Shown here piece by piece: positions 30,284 to 41,352 of a stretch of DNA of 64,000 nucleotides. The DNA is from a virus (lineage: Duplodnaviria; Caudoviricetes): the IMG/VR virus record IMGVR_UViG_3300021255_002694. One strand, given 5' to 3'. Position numbers and translations under genes: made by a program. Below the pieces are notes generated by a model that saw only the letters and a program-made list of their open reading frames with translations, was not told the origin of the DNA and did not search any database. Within the stretch, counting starts at the first letter, position 1; every line of letters begins with the position of its first letter.

Positions 30284-32329
30284 ATGAAAATATCGTTGAA
30301 CAATTTGCTTTTATCAGAACTCCGTGCATTTCCTGTAACCATGATTCCAGATAATGACGTTACAGATTCAACTCTAACAGCCGCGATTACTGCAAATGAA
30401 GAATTACTTAATCTAGGCTATACTTTATCAGCAGAAGATGTTGTTAATCTTGCAAAGTGTGGTGAACTGTATTCATTTGTAGAGATGTTCAAAGATGCTC
30501 TCTCGGATGTAAAAGCAAAACCAATGTATCCAAATTTCCCGAATCAAGTTATGGATATGGATGAAGCAACATTCAGATTTCATCAGATGATGCATTATTT
30601 TTCAACATATGGTGCAGAACTGTTTTTCGGTCTAAATGTATCTAAAGGATGGCTACCGAATGTAGAAGATACTCCTAAGATCAATGATGATAATACTTTG
30701 CTAAAAGCAAAGGTAATTACTCTTATTGATTCATATGACATTCCAGAATACGTTTATTCAAGAATTATGTCTAAATGCGAGAGATTGACAGATAAGGATC
30801 AGATGCTCCTTGACTATGTTCTTCCGAACATTGATGCAAGCACTATAAAGAGTGTTCAAATTCCGTTTAAGGAAAATATCATGCCTGTATTTTACAGTAT
30901 TGTCAATTCAACTGCAATTTCGCAAGAAGATAAACTTTGTTTTCTTAACTGTATTTGCAAGCATACCGGAGATGTTTTCAAGTGCATTGATTACACTCTT
31001 ACAAGATGCAAGTATCATTTCAAGACTTCTCAAAAAAGACTTTTCACAAAGTTGCTTGAAACATACAGTAACAGTGACTTTGAGGAAAATATAATTATCT
31101 CAGACAAGCGATCAAACAGAACAGAACTCTTGCTTAGATATATTGACTTTAACACATATTCACGTATTCCTGTATTCAAAACTATTGTCAATGAACTTCG
31201 ATCTGGTGAACTGCACTCTTGGATGTCTAAGGTCGAAGCAAAGTTGAAAACAAGAGATGTTGATGCTCTTAAGATGCTATCGAAAAGACCTGGCATCATG
31301 CTTAGAATGTTGACAAGACTTTTAAGACTCGGTTACAATCCTACAGATATTCTTGTATATCTGTATCCACATGCACCAGAACTTAGAACGCAGACACTTG
31401 TATCTATTCTAAACGCATTCAATGCTAAATTGGATGATCTTGAAAATAGTGATCAAAGTGAACTTAGTAGAGCAACAAGATCAGAGGTACAAAATGTGAT
31501 TACAATTTGTGCTGGATTACTTAGAGATAATCTTCACTCCAAAGATTCTCCGTTCAAAGGCAAAAGAGTTTATATTGATCACGGAGAGTACAATTTTGCA
31601 CGATCTATCATTGAAACAAACGGCAAATCTGATGAGGGCGGATATGTAAGATCAGGACTTTCATATAATATTCCAGATAATGTCAGTAGACTTAGATTCT
31701 TTGTTTACTGGAATCACAAGTATCGTGCAGATGTTGATTTGCACTCAAGACTTGTAGACTTCTGTGGCTGCACACAGGATATTGGATGGAATGCTAGTTT
31801 TAAAGAACCTGTTGCTGTATTTAGTGGAGACATTACACATTCAGATGCCGCAGAATATATTGACATTGATCTCGATGCAGCTAGAAATAACAATATCGAG
31901 TATGCAACAACATCAATTAAACTATATTCATCTGAGGATATAACAAACGGTCTTGGTGATCTTGATGAGTGTTATGTTGGATGCATGGCTGTTTCATCGC
32001 TTAATGAACATGTAAAACTGTATAATCCTAAAAATTGTTTCTTCTCACATAGTCTAATAACTAAGTCTAAGATACTTGGATACGGCTTTATCGACATTAA
32101 GAATAGATGCATTACAGTTTCAGCAAAGCCCAGTGTTGATGTATACCAATCTTCCATGCACATTCAGAAAAATCTATTCTCACTTAATACATATGTTAAT
32201 ATTCTTCTTTCATCACAAGATTGCGATATTGTAACAAGTAGAGAAGATGCTGATTTTGTTATTGTACTTGATAAGCCTATGAATGATATTGAGATCAGCT
32301 TGATTGACAATAATTTCTTTATGGATTGA
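30284..32329 (+). CDS. ROT/TROVE-like repeat plus C-terminal TerD-like protein (MXAN_6230/SCO0854-related, no RING seen)
   Basis: PMYPNFP.QV, IPFKEN, L..RPG..LR.L.RLLR, RFFVYW, DVDLHS, FSGDIT...AAEYIDIDL motifs. Confidence 0.7.
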   Translation: MKISLNNLLLSELRAFPVTMIPDNDVTDSTLTAAITANEELLNLGYTLSAEDVVNLAKCGELYSFVEMFKDALSDVKAKPMYPNFPNQVMDMDEATFRFHQMMHYFSTYGAELFFGLNVSKGWLPNVEDTPKINDDNTLLKAKVITLIDSYDIPEYVYSRIMSKCERLTDKDQMLLDYVLPNIDASTIKSVQIPFKENIMPVFYSIVNSTAISQEDKLCFLNCICKHTGDVFKCIDYTLTRCKYHFKTSQKRLFTKLLETYSNSDFEENIIISDKRSNRTELLLRYIDFNTYSRIPVFKTIVNELRSGELHSWMSKVEAKLKTRDVDALKMLSKRPGIMLRMLTRLLRLGYNPTDILVYLYPHAPELRTQTLVSILNAFNAKLDDLENSDQSELSRATRSEVQNVITICAGLLRDNLHSKDSPFKGKRVYIDHGEYNFARSIIETNGKSDEGGYVRSGLSYNIPDNVSRLRFFVYWNHKYRADVDLHSRLVDFCGCTQDIGWNASFKEPVAVFSGDITHSDAAEYIDIDLDAARNNNIEYATTSIKLYSSEDITNGLGDLDECYVGCMAVSSLNEHVKLYNPKNCFFSHSLITKSKILGYGFIDIKNRCITVSAKPSVDVYQSSMHIQKNLFSLNTYVNILLSSQDCDIVTSREDADFVIVLDKPMNDIEISLIDNNFFMD

Positions 32330-32749
32330 GGTATATAAAATGAAAATTTATATCATTACGGCAACATACTGTTTAAATGCTAATGGCTGTGAGATTGAAT
32401 TTGAGGAATTTATTGACATGTTCACAGAGTATTTCGATGCTGATGCATGGTTTGCTCACGAGTTTGAATCTGTTAGAAATTCGGTAGCAGTTTCCGGCGC
32501 AAAATACGCAACATTAAAACTGTGTGCTGTTCCTCTAGTTGGAAATGTTCTTAAAAAACAGGATGCCTCTGTACTAAGAACAGTTCATATTTAATTTAGA
32601 AAATATATAACATATATCGCAAAAAGCTGATTCATAATTTAACTTACCAAAAATAATGAAAGAAACATGTAAAAAAAAAACAAGTATATTACTATAATAT
32701 GCAGATCGTATTTCGCGGTCTGCATATTATTTGAAAGGTTGGTTGTCTT

Positions 32750-33217
32750 ATGGTTAGAATCACCGAGAGTAAGAAATATACTCTTATAATGAATGGTGCT
32801 AGTGGTAATTTATCAGATGAGTTTGAATTCGATAACGTGGCGGATGCCGTTAAGTATGCTTCAAGATGTGATTTATACAACTATTATTTTATTTCGGATG
32901 AAAATGGTAATGTAATTAAAAGAGGAAGATGTAATACTGTGAAAGAATCAAAGCGTAATACGCGCCGCAGAAGCATTAGAGAACAGTATTATGCACCTTT
33001 CAACGATGATGTTGATTACACATTTTACCTTGATGAGTTCAAAAATTTTGAAAAGGCACTATCTAATAGCGAAAGAAAACTAAAAGATTTTTCAAGAGAT
33101 GCGAAATATCTCAAAACATCTGAAAACTTTAATGAATACGAAGATGAATATTATCATATTGCAGACAGAGTGAGAGAACTTATTGCAATAATGTCTGAAT
33201 ATGCAGAAAAAATGTAA
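32750..33217 (+). CDS. Protein with I-x-E leader (MVRITES) and internal basic linker
   Basis: Preceded by ACTATA-hairpin and GAAAGG SD; internal TVKES-KRNTRRRS-IRE. Confidence 0.7.
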   Translation: MVRITESKKYTLIMNGASGNLSDEFEFDNVADAVKYASRCDLYNYYFISDENGNVIKRGRCNTVKESKRNTRRRSIREQYYAPFNDDVDYTFYLDEFKNFEKALSNSERKLKDFSRDAKYLKTSENFNEYEDEYYHIADRVRELIAIMSEYAEKM

Positions 33218-33306
33218 GCTATCACTTTAGTTTGTGTTTATAGATGGTTTGTACATGAATTAGTAATTTATTACAATAATATAACAATAAAAGCTGTCAA
33301 TACTAC

Positions 33307-33335
33307 TTGACAGCTTTTACTTTTTATGATATAAT
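33307..33335 (+). promoter_or_regulatory. sigmaA-type promoter whose -35 lies in an inverted repeat
   Basis: TTGACA-N17-TATAAT; AAAAGCTGTCAA-N6-TTGACAGCTTTT. Confidence 0.65.
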
Positions 33336-33749
33336 ATAAATATGGATACAACTATATAAATACAGGCGGTGATTAAAAATGATGGCTAGAGATATTAAGG
33401 GTTGGGAGATCGAGAATCCGGCTTGGAGAGACTATTCAAAAACAATTTGTACAGAAGATCACTTTTGGAGAGGTATATACGGAAGTGGTTTTTATCTTGG
33501 TGAAGAAATAGAACGTGTGATGTTTGATTATCCAAATATAGCTGATCATTTTTATTATTTGTGGTACAACGGATATCAGCTTGATGTAATTTTTGCATCA
33601 TATAAAATAGATGAGATCAAGAGATTTATCAATAGCCTTAACTTTACAGATTTTAATGCAAGAACTAAATTGTACGTGATAGATGCGGTTACAAAAGAAC
33701 ACTTTGTAGGCAAGGATTTTGAAGATATATTTATAGGTGGTGATTAAAA

Positions 33750-34337
33750 TTGTCAGTTGATCGTGTATCGAGATATATAATTTCAAATGGGGAACAGTTT
33801 GTAAAGAATCAAAATGCAACAACCATAACGTCAAATTCAGATGATGCTTACATGTGGTCGCTGAAAACATCTGCTGAAAATGTTTTAGCGGATGCCAGAA
33901 ACAGATCAAGTAATTCTCCACATGCAACAATAGATAATTCATACAAAGTAGAACCTGTTTATATTTATGTAAGCGATATTGAACCAGATATTTCAAATGA
34001 TTTAGATACTATAAAACTATTTGCTGATATTGTTCAGGATTCCGCTGAAAGAGAAGAAAGTCTGCTTGCGCAACTAAGTAAAGTAGATCGTGAACTATCT
34101 GATATTGAACATTTCATAGAATTTGTTGATCTTAACGGTGTTGACGGATTCAGAATATATAAAAAGATGCAATCAATTAGACAAATTCGCAGAGAGATAA
34201 AACACAGACTAAAGATAGTGCAGACAATAAATTCGCAATCCATTGATCCGGAAGTTCTTAAAAGACTTGTAAAAGGATTCGGAAACATCTACTATAAGCC
34301 GAGAGAGGTTGACTTTGATGATATCTTAAAAGGGTGA
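33750..34337 (+). CDS. Conserved Firmicutes-phage hypothetical protein
   Basis: LS.VD.ELSDI.H.IE...LN...G...YK......RR.IK and Y.PR motifs. Confidence 0.65.
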   Translation: MSVDRVSRYIISNGEQFVKNQNATTITSNSDDAYMWSLKTSAENVLADARNRSSNSPHATIDNSYKVEPVYIYVSDIEPDISNDLDTIKLFADIVQDSAEREESLLAQLSKVDRELSDIEHFIEFVDLNGVDGFRIYKKMQSIRQIRREIKHRLKIVQTINSQSIDPEVLKRLVKGFGNIYYKPREVDFDDILKG

Positions 34338-34516
34338 TTTTGCATGGAAGAACACATAAATTTTGGAATTTTTATGAAATATGTAGTAACTTGTGCGACA
34401 CTTGTTTTGATCCTTAAATTCGCTTTTGAAACTTTGCAAGTCTATATAAAAACTCGCGGAGCAAAGAAAGAAGAACATGATCCAGACGATATTTGCGGAA
34501 GAAAACCATGACAAAT

Positions 34517-34565
34517 ATACAATATGTTGTGATATATTTGAACAACTTATCACAACATATTGTAT
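34517..34565. promoter_or_regulatory. Tandem NrdR-box-like sites upstream of nrdD
   Basis: ATACAATATGTTGTGA (34517) and TCACAACATATTGTAT (34550) fit acaCwAtATaTwGtg; 33 bp apart. Confidence 0.6.
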
Positions 34566-34753
34566 TTTTCATATCTATGAAATAGAATTTTCTACTAAAT
34601 TTGTCTATCAATTTTGTGACGTTCGTAGAATTTGAAAATTTCATCCAAACTACTGCAAACATAACTGCAAAAAATAAAAATCATGTACTCTAATATAACC
34701 ACCTGATAGGTGGTTAAGGAGGAAAATAAAATTTTTAAGTGGAGTGATGATAT

Positions 34754-37192
34754 ATGTATCAAGTAAAAAAGAGAAACGACGATCTTGAAATGTTTGAGTT
34801 ATCAAAAATTAAATCAGCGATAACACGAACATTTGAAGCATGTGGTAGAAATTACCAAGACTCAATAGTAGAAACACTTGCAATAAAATCAGTTGCAAAT
34901 GCAGAAAAGAAAATAAAAGATGATGTTCTTAGTGTAGAGGATATTCAAGATTCAGTAGAATCAATACTGATGGGCTATGGATATGAAGATGTATCTAAAG
35001 CATATATACTATATAGAAAACAACATGAAAAAGCAAGGAATGCTAAAAACTCAGTGCTTGATTATAAGAAAACTATGGACGGTTACTTAAAGGCAAGCGA
35101 TTGGAGAGTAAAGGAAAACTCTACAGTTACATATTCTTTAGGTGGTTTAATACTTGGAAATTCTGGTGCAATGACTGCAAATTACTGGCTATCTGAAATT
35201 TATGATGATGAAATTGCAAATGCGCATAGAAATTGTGATTTTCATATTCATGATCTATCAATGTTAAGCGCCTATTGCGGCGGATGGTCATTAAAGCAAC
35301 TTATACAAGAGGGACTTGGTGGTGTTCCAGGAAAGATAACATCCGGACCAGCAAAACATCTTTCAACACTTTGTAACCAGATTGTCAATTTCCTCGGCGT
35401 TATGCAGAATGAATGGGCTGGCGCACAAGCATTTTCAAGTGTAGATACATATTTAGCTGCGTTTGTAAAAGCAGAAAACCTTTCATACATAGAAGTAAAG
35501 CAATGTATTCAGTCCCTTGTATTCGGTTTGAATATTCCGTCAAGATGGGGCAGTCAGGCACCCTTCACTAACTTCACATTTGACTGGACTGTTCCGGATG
35601 ATCTTGCAGAATTGAATTGCATTGTAGGTGGTAAGGAAGTTGACTTCAAGTACAAAGACTGTAAGCGCGAAATGGACATGATAAATAGAGCATTCATGGA
35701 AGTTATGTTAGAGGGTGATGATAACGGTAGAGGGCACCAGTATCCAATACCTACTTACTCAATAACAAAAGATTTTGATTGGGATGAAGAAGTTAAAAAC
35801 AATCAACTTCTATTTGAAATGACAGCAAAGTATGGAATTCCTTATTTCAGCAATTATGTAAATAGTGATATGAAGCCTAGTGATATCAGAAGCATGTGCT
35901 GTCGATTGCGCTTGGATTTGCGTGAACTTCGTAGAAAAAATGGTGGTTATTTCGGTAGTGGAGAATCAACTGGATCAATCGGAGTTGTCACGATAAATCT
36001 TCCAAGATTGGCATATAAGTCAAAGTCAGAAGATGAGTTCTATAAAAATCTTGATAGATTGATGGACATTGCTGCAAGAAGTCTACATATCAAAAGAGCC
36101 GTTGTATCTCAATATCTTGAACAAGGTCTTTATCCATATACAAAGAGATATTTAGGTAATTTTGATAATCACTTTTCTACCATTGCAACAAACGGCATGA
36201 ATGAGATGTGTCTCAATGCATGTTGGATAAGAGATAACATAGCATCTGAAAAAGGATATGAATTTTCAAAGAACGTATTAGATCACATGAGAGAAAAACT
36301 ATCTGATTATCAGGAGATGTATGTTGGTGAGTTATTCAATCTTGAATCGGCACCAGCAGAATCAACTTCACTCCGTTTTGCTATGCATGATAAAAAAGAT
36401 TTTCCTGACATTATCACAGCAGGAGATAAAACTGATGGTTCTCCTTATTACACTAATAGTTCACATCTTCCTGTTGGATATACAGATGATATATTTGAAG
36501 CACTTGATCATCAAGATGATTTGCAGACTAAATATACATCTGGAACTGTTTTCCATGCTTTCTTGGGAGAGAAACTACCTAATTGGCAATCTGCAATGAT
36601 GCTTACTAGAAAAATTGCTGAGAATTATAAACTCCCTTATTTTACATTCTCCCCGACATATTCTATTTGTCCGGAACATGGATATATTAAAGGTGAAGAA
36701 TGGACATGTCCTCATTGTGGTAAACCTACAGAAGTTTATTCTCGTGTTACTGGATACTATCGTGCTGTTCAAAACTTTAATGATGGTAAGGCTCATGAAT
36801 TTAGGGATCGTAAAGAATATAAGTTTGATTCTAATACTCTTAATACTCCTACTGAGAGTGAGTGTGAATCATGTAAAACAGATTTCACAGAACTTCCAAC
36901 TACTGATTTTGAAAAAGAATCAAGTGTTGGTGACGCAGTAAGATCAATTCTTGCCGATACAAGAAAACCAATGCTTTTCACTACAGCAACATGTCCGAAT
37001 TGCAAAATGGCTAAGAAGTTTATTGCTGATGCTAAATTTGATTGTGATATTCTTCTCGCAGAGGAAAATCAAGAACTTGTGAAACTGTATGAAATTACAT
37101 CTGCGCCGACATTGATTGTATTTGATAATGGTAGTCCGGTTAAGATTCAGAATGTGTCTAATATTAGAAAGTTCTTAGATGAGTTGAAATGA
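34754..37192 (+). CDS. nrdD: Class III anaerobic ribonucleoside-triphosphate reductase with ATP cone and C-terminal glutaredoxin-like domain
   Basis: VKKR ATP cone, HIHDL, AYC.GW, SMCCRL, YSRVTGYYR glycyl-radical loop, CPEH/CPHC Zn site, C-terminal TCPNCK...APTL. Confidence 0.95.
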   Translation: MYQVKKRNDDLEMFELSKIKSAITRTFEACGRNYQDSIVETLAIKSVANAEKKIKDDVLSVEDIQDSVESILMGYGYEDVSKAYILYRKQHEKARNAKNSVLDYKKTMDGYLKASDWRVKENSTVTYSLGGLILGNSGAMTANYWLSEIYDDEIANAHRNCDFHIHDLSMLSAYCGGWSLKQLIQEGLGGVPGKITSGPAKHLSTLCNQIVNFLGVMQNEWAGAQAFSSVDTYLAAFVKAENLSYIEVKQCIQSLVFGLNIPSRWGSQAPFTNFTFDWTVPDDLAELNCIVGGKEVDFKYKDCKREMDMINRAFMEVMLEGDDNGRGHQYPIPTYSITKDFDWDEEVKNNQLLFEMTAKYGIPYFSNYVNSDMKPSDIRSMCCRLRLDLRELRRKNGGYFGSGESTGSIGVVTINLPRLAYKSKSEDEFYKNLDRLMDIAARSLHIKRAVVSQYLEQGLYPYTKRYLGNFDNHFSTIATNGMNEMCLNACWIRDNIASEKGYEFSKNVLDHMREKLSDYQEMYVGELFNLESAPAESTSLRFAMHDKKDFPDIITAGDKTDGSPYYTNSSHLPVGYTDDIFEALDHQDDLQTKYTSGTVFHAFLGEKLPNWQSAMMLTRKIAENYKLPYFTFSPTYSICPEHGYIKGEEWTCPHCGKPTEVYSRVTGYYRAVQNFNDGKAHEFRDRKEYKFDSNTLNTPTESECESCKTDFTELPTTDFEKESSVGDAVRSILADTRKPMLFTTATCPNCKMAKKFIADAKFDCDILLAEENQELVKLYEITSAPTLIVFDNGSPVKIQNVSNIRKFLDELK

Positions 37193-37305
37193 TCTAATTC
37201 TTACAAGAATAATAAAATACTTTCATAAAAAATAGAACATACTTAAACTATATCTGTGTCATATGTTATGACACAGATATTTTTTTAGAAAGTAGATGAT
37301 TTTAT

Positions 37306-38583
37306 ATGCTGTATACTATAAAGTTTACTAATACGCACAAGGCAATAAACTTAGATCAAATTGTAAAATATGATCTTTCAACAATATCTCCAACATTGAT
37401 TGTTGATAGTACATATGTAAGCCATGTATCTGATCAATTTGATAATACTGATGATTTTATATCAATTCCGCTATATAAGAGAAATCAGTTTTGTTTACTT
37501 CCGGCAAACTCATCATTGACAATCGAAACAGAAAACAGTCAGGAAGCAATATACTATAAGCAACTTACCATTGATAATTGTCATATAGATGTATATGATT
37601 CTTCCGGTGGTGGCGGAAGTGATGATAATTTCGTAAAAATGTTGCTGTCAAATGATTTCAGTCCAGTTGATAACACTCTTGTTGTTCCTGATTATGTTCA
37701 GACAATAGATGCATCTGCTATAACTTGGAGCAGTAAATGTTCTAGTTTAGTAATAAATAATTCTTTAGATATAACCGCAAAAGGTGCAACCGATTTTATA
37801 CCGTATCAACCACAGTCCGTTGATTTAGCTCGTTTTTATGAGGGAAACGGCAACACTTATGCAAAATACCCATTTAAAGAAAATAATGGAATAACATATG
37901 TTGACATAAATCAAAACCTATCTACATATATTAAAGATTGCGATATTGACATAAACAGTATTGAAAACAGACAATCTTTTAATTTCATCGACAACGGTAC
38001 AGAACGTATAGCAGACTATGAAAATTTATTTGCCAATGTATTTAATAAAATTGGCAGTGTAATTCACCCGAGAGACTTGGACTTTCAAAATTGCTACAGC
38101 ACCATACATATACAAGGAGACAACTATCATGTTATATTTTTATACAATGTTGAATTCAATGATGACATTAGTTCATTTGTTGTTTTAGATTTAACAGACA
38201 CACTTCCACAAGATCGTGAAAATTATGTTATATTTGAGTGGGTAGAGGAAACAAAGGAGTTAAGGAATAGCATAATGCATGAAATTAACTATGATAGACA
38301 TGAACCTGTGTATGCATATCAAGTAATTGGACAATACCCGACAGTTCAACCTCCTAATGTTGCTTCATATGAGGAATACACGAGAGATTATATATCAGCG
38401 AATGAACGCATATACATAGGATCGGATTCTCTGAAAATAGATTTCTCTCCGGTATATTTAATCAAAAACAATGCAGAACTTATACCTGTATATTGTATAG
38501 AACCACTGTGTTTATGCGGAGATAGAACAAGACTTATTGTAACTGATAGCTTTAAGTCTTGCTATGAGGAAATAAGCCAGTGA
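37306..38583 (+). CDS. Hypothetical 425-aa protein, possibly virion-associated
   Basis: Long ORF with SGGGGS linker; preceded by ACTATA-hairpin element. Confidence 0.6.
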   Translation: MLYTIKFTNTHKAINLDQIVKYDLSTISPTLIVDSTYVSHVSDQFDNTDDFISIPLYKRNQFCLLPANSSLTIETENSQEAIYYKQLTIDNCHIDVYDSSGGGGSDDNFVKMLLSNDFSPVDNTLVVPDYVQTIDASAITWSSKCSSLVINNSLDITAKGATDFIPYQPQSVDLARFYEGNGNTYAKYPFKENNGITYVDINQNLSTYIKDCDIDINSIENRQSFNFIDNGTERIADYENLFANVFNKIGSVIHPRDLDFQNCYSTIHIQGDNYHVIFLYNVEFNDDISSFVVLDLTDTLPQDRENYVIFEWVEETKELRNSIMHEINYDRHEPVYAYQVIGQYPTVQPPNVASYEEYTRDYISANERIYIGSDSLKIDFSPVYLIKNNAELIPVYCIEPLCLCGDRTRLIVTDSFKSCYEEISQ

Positions 38584-38662
38584 ATCTATTGAACCAACTT
38601 ACTAATATAAAAATGCACAAACATGTACTGTGTTTCAAGTATATGTTTGTGCATATTTTTTA

Positions 38663-38691
38663 TTGACAAATTCTATAAAATATGATATACT
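38663..38691 (+). promoter_or_regulatory. Recurring sigmaA-type promoter
   Basis: TTGACA-N17-TATACT. Confidence 0.85.
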
Positions 38692-40202
38692 ATATTTACA
38701 GAAAGGAGTGGTATATCATGACAACAAATAATCAGAAACTCAGTAATGTAATTCAGCAATGCAGAGAAACAGGAGTTAAACTTCCTGAATCAATGCTTGC
38801 GCTTGTTGCAAATCTTCTGTCAATTACATCACTTCCGTTCGCTGTTTTTCCGACACTGAGACAATCTATTCAGATTGAACATGAAACGGAAGACAACTAC
38901 ATTGAGTTTGAAATTTTCGATGATAAGATCATTATGCTAAGAATGACAGATGATCGTATTGATCCGAATCAATCACTAGATGAAAGAGAAGTTACCATTG
39001 ATGAAATGTATGAAATCGTGTGGGGGTTAGAGAAATGAAAGGTATTTTTAAGTGCGAGGATTTTGACAGCGAGAACTGCATTGATGAAGTTAGCAAGGAT
39101 ATTCAAGATTTGATCTATGGTCAGAGTGTTGTTGAAGTTAGACACATAGATTGTTACAACATTGAACTGTTCTTGTCTAATGGTCTTGTACTCCGCGCAA
39201 TGTCTAATGAGGGTTGTGGCGGATGTTCAAATGGGTGGTACGATATTGACAATATTCTTGATCTCGGTATTACCGGAAATGTTATCACAAAGGTCGAAGT
39301 AGAAAGCCCAAAGTTTGCAGAAGATGGAACATATAAGCTGTTTATCTATTCATTAGATAAAAGAATGCTTGAAGTTGATTTTACAGGTTGTGATAATGGA
39401 TATTATGGTACTGGAATTGTCATTTACGTAAAATCCATTGATGAAAATTACTGAAAGTTATGATAAATATATGGAGGTTGGAAAAATGAATAGTTTTATT
39501 ATTTTTTCGGACAGAAATAAACAGGCATGTGAATTAAGATCAGCGGCTCAATATCTTTCTTTACTTGCAGACATTATCCAAGTTGAAAACGGAAGAATTG
39601 ACAATAATAAATATATGCTTGCGGAATCCGAAATTAAAGAACTTGTATCTTCCTCTGCGGCATTACTTTCAATCATTACAGCCAAACTTACTAAAGAATG
39701 AGGAATGAATATGTCATATATTGTGCAAGATGTTGATATGGATTATCTAAAAGGATATGTAAATGATCCGGTAGAAAGGAATCTTGTTGAAGAATATAAA
39801 TCATGGTGTGATTCATGTACACAAATACATGATCATAAATGTTCCGGCGAAGATGCTGAAAAATGCCGTAAGAAAAAACATGATCTTCTAATGAAAATAT
39901 ATGAAATCATGGATAAAAGAACATTTTGTGTTGTTACAAATTCACAATATAAAGTTGTCAGACATATCATGCAAGTTACAGATAGTGCATCAGATAATCT
40001 ACCATTACTAAAACAAGAATACTATGAAATATATGCTGTACTCGATGGTGATGAGTTTCATTTCTTTACAGGGCTACAAAATGCACAGAATTTTGCATGT
40101 GACTTCAATTTTAATGCATGAGTGAGATAAAAAATATAACTACAATTAACTATAAAGTGTGTGAGTTGATCACACACTTTATAATTTATAGGCGGTGAAA
40201 AT

Positions 40203-40580
40203 ATGATAAAATTAGTTGTAGAGAGTTTTGGAAGTTTTGAAGATACACTTGATAAAAGTAGAAAATATGAACTTTTCGGTCCAGACAAAGATACTTGGCA
40301 GATTTACAGGAAACTAACAATAAAAGGAAAAATGAAATACAACACTGTCGATAAAGCATATAATGAAATGACTGAACTTGAAGAAATCATGGATGATGTT
40401 ATTGATTCTGGTAATGATGGTAAGGCTGAACAGAGCGCTTACTACATGGCGTATAATAAGTGGTGGAAACTTTTTGATGATTACAAGAGGGAAGCAGATG
40501 CATGGTTTCAAGACCTAATAGATCGAGGATATGTTGAACTTGATCCTATTGACGGATTTATTGCTGTATATTTAGATTGA
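40203..40580 (+). CDS. Leader-bearing acidic protein (MIKLVVES)
   Basis: ACTATA-hairpin upstream; shared leader. Confidence 0.7.
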   Translation: MIKLVVESFGSFEDTLDKSRKYELFGPDKDTWQIYRKLTIKGKMKYNTVDKAYNEMTELEEIMDDVIDSGNDGKAEQSAYYMAYNKWWKLFDDYKREADAWFQDLIDRGYVELDPIDGFIAVYLD

Positions 40581-40604
40581 TATTTTATGAAAGGTTGATA
40601 TGAA

Positions 40605-40934
40605 GTGGTTAGAAGAACTAATATAGTTAAACATAGAAGATTCACAGAAAGTAATGGGATGCCTTTTTATGGAGTTAAATTGTATGATCCTGATTCCGGT
40701 GAATACATTGTTTGGTGGTCAAAAGATAAAAACATTATAAAAGACATATATAAAAGCCTTCAATCTAACATGCACAGAGAGTATGATGATCTTCACGATC
40801 TAGCAAATCCAATACTTCAACGTCTTAGCAGATATGATAACTGGGAGTGGGATTATAGTGATTCTTTCATTAAAGACGGAGTTCATGAATCTGGGGATGT
40901 TATTGATATTCTATATGAACTCCAGATCAGATAA
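40605..40934 (+). CDS. Protein with basic leader ending F-T-E-S
   Basis: GAAAGG SD; within leader-protein cluster. Confidence 0.65.
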   Translation: MVRRTNIVKHRRFTESNGMPFYGVKLYDPDSGEYIVWWSKDKNIIKDIYKSLQSNMHREYDDLHDLANPILQRLSRYDNWEWDYSDSFIKDGVHESGDVIDILYELQIR

Positions 40935-40997
40935 ATAAATTTTAATATATATTAGAATTTAGTTTTAATATGTACATTTTGAAATGAGGATTAACAT

Positions 40998-41228
40998 ATG
41001 ATAAGAAAACTAGAAGAATCAAAAGGAAAGAATATTCGTTTACGCGATCTTGACGGTATGATTGTCGGAAGTGTAATGATAGAAGATTTTGAAACAAATG
41101 AATATATAACAGAAAGACCAATGTTTCTTGATGATGCACTTAAATACTATCCTGAACTGAATAAAGCATCTGTATTGAATATTGGTGTTTATAGAGATAG
41201 TATTGTATGGATTGAAGTTGAATTTTGA
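40998..41228 (+). CDS. Leader-bearing protein (MIRKLEES)
   Basis: GAGG SD; shared leader. Confidence 0.65.
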   Translation: MIRKLEESKGKNIRLRDLDGMIVGSVMIEDFETNEYITERPMFLDDALKYYPELNKASVLNIGVYRDSIVWIEVEF

Positions 41229-41352
41229 ATTAAATATGGTATAAAAAATAATATAGTATTGTAGCAAAAAAAGAACAATGATTTACTATAGTTGTGTAGC
41301 TGATTGATAAGGTTACGCAACTATTTTTTTTTCTATGAAAGGATGTTTTTAT

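Noticed and set aside
30075-30287. 70-aa ORF upstream of the TROVE/TerD gene
   Set aside because: No SD, and it overlaps the two base-paired RNA units, which explain the sequence better.
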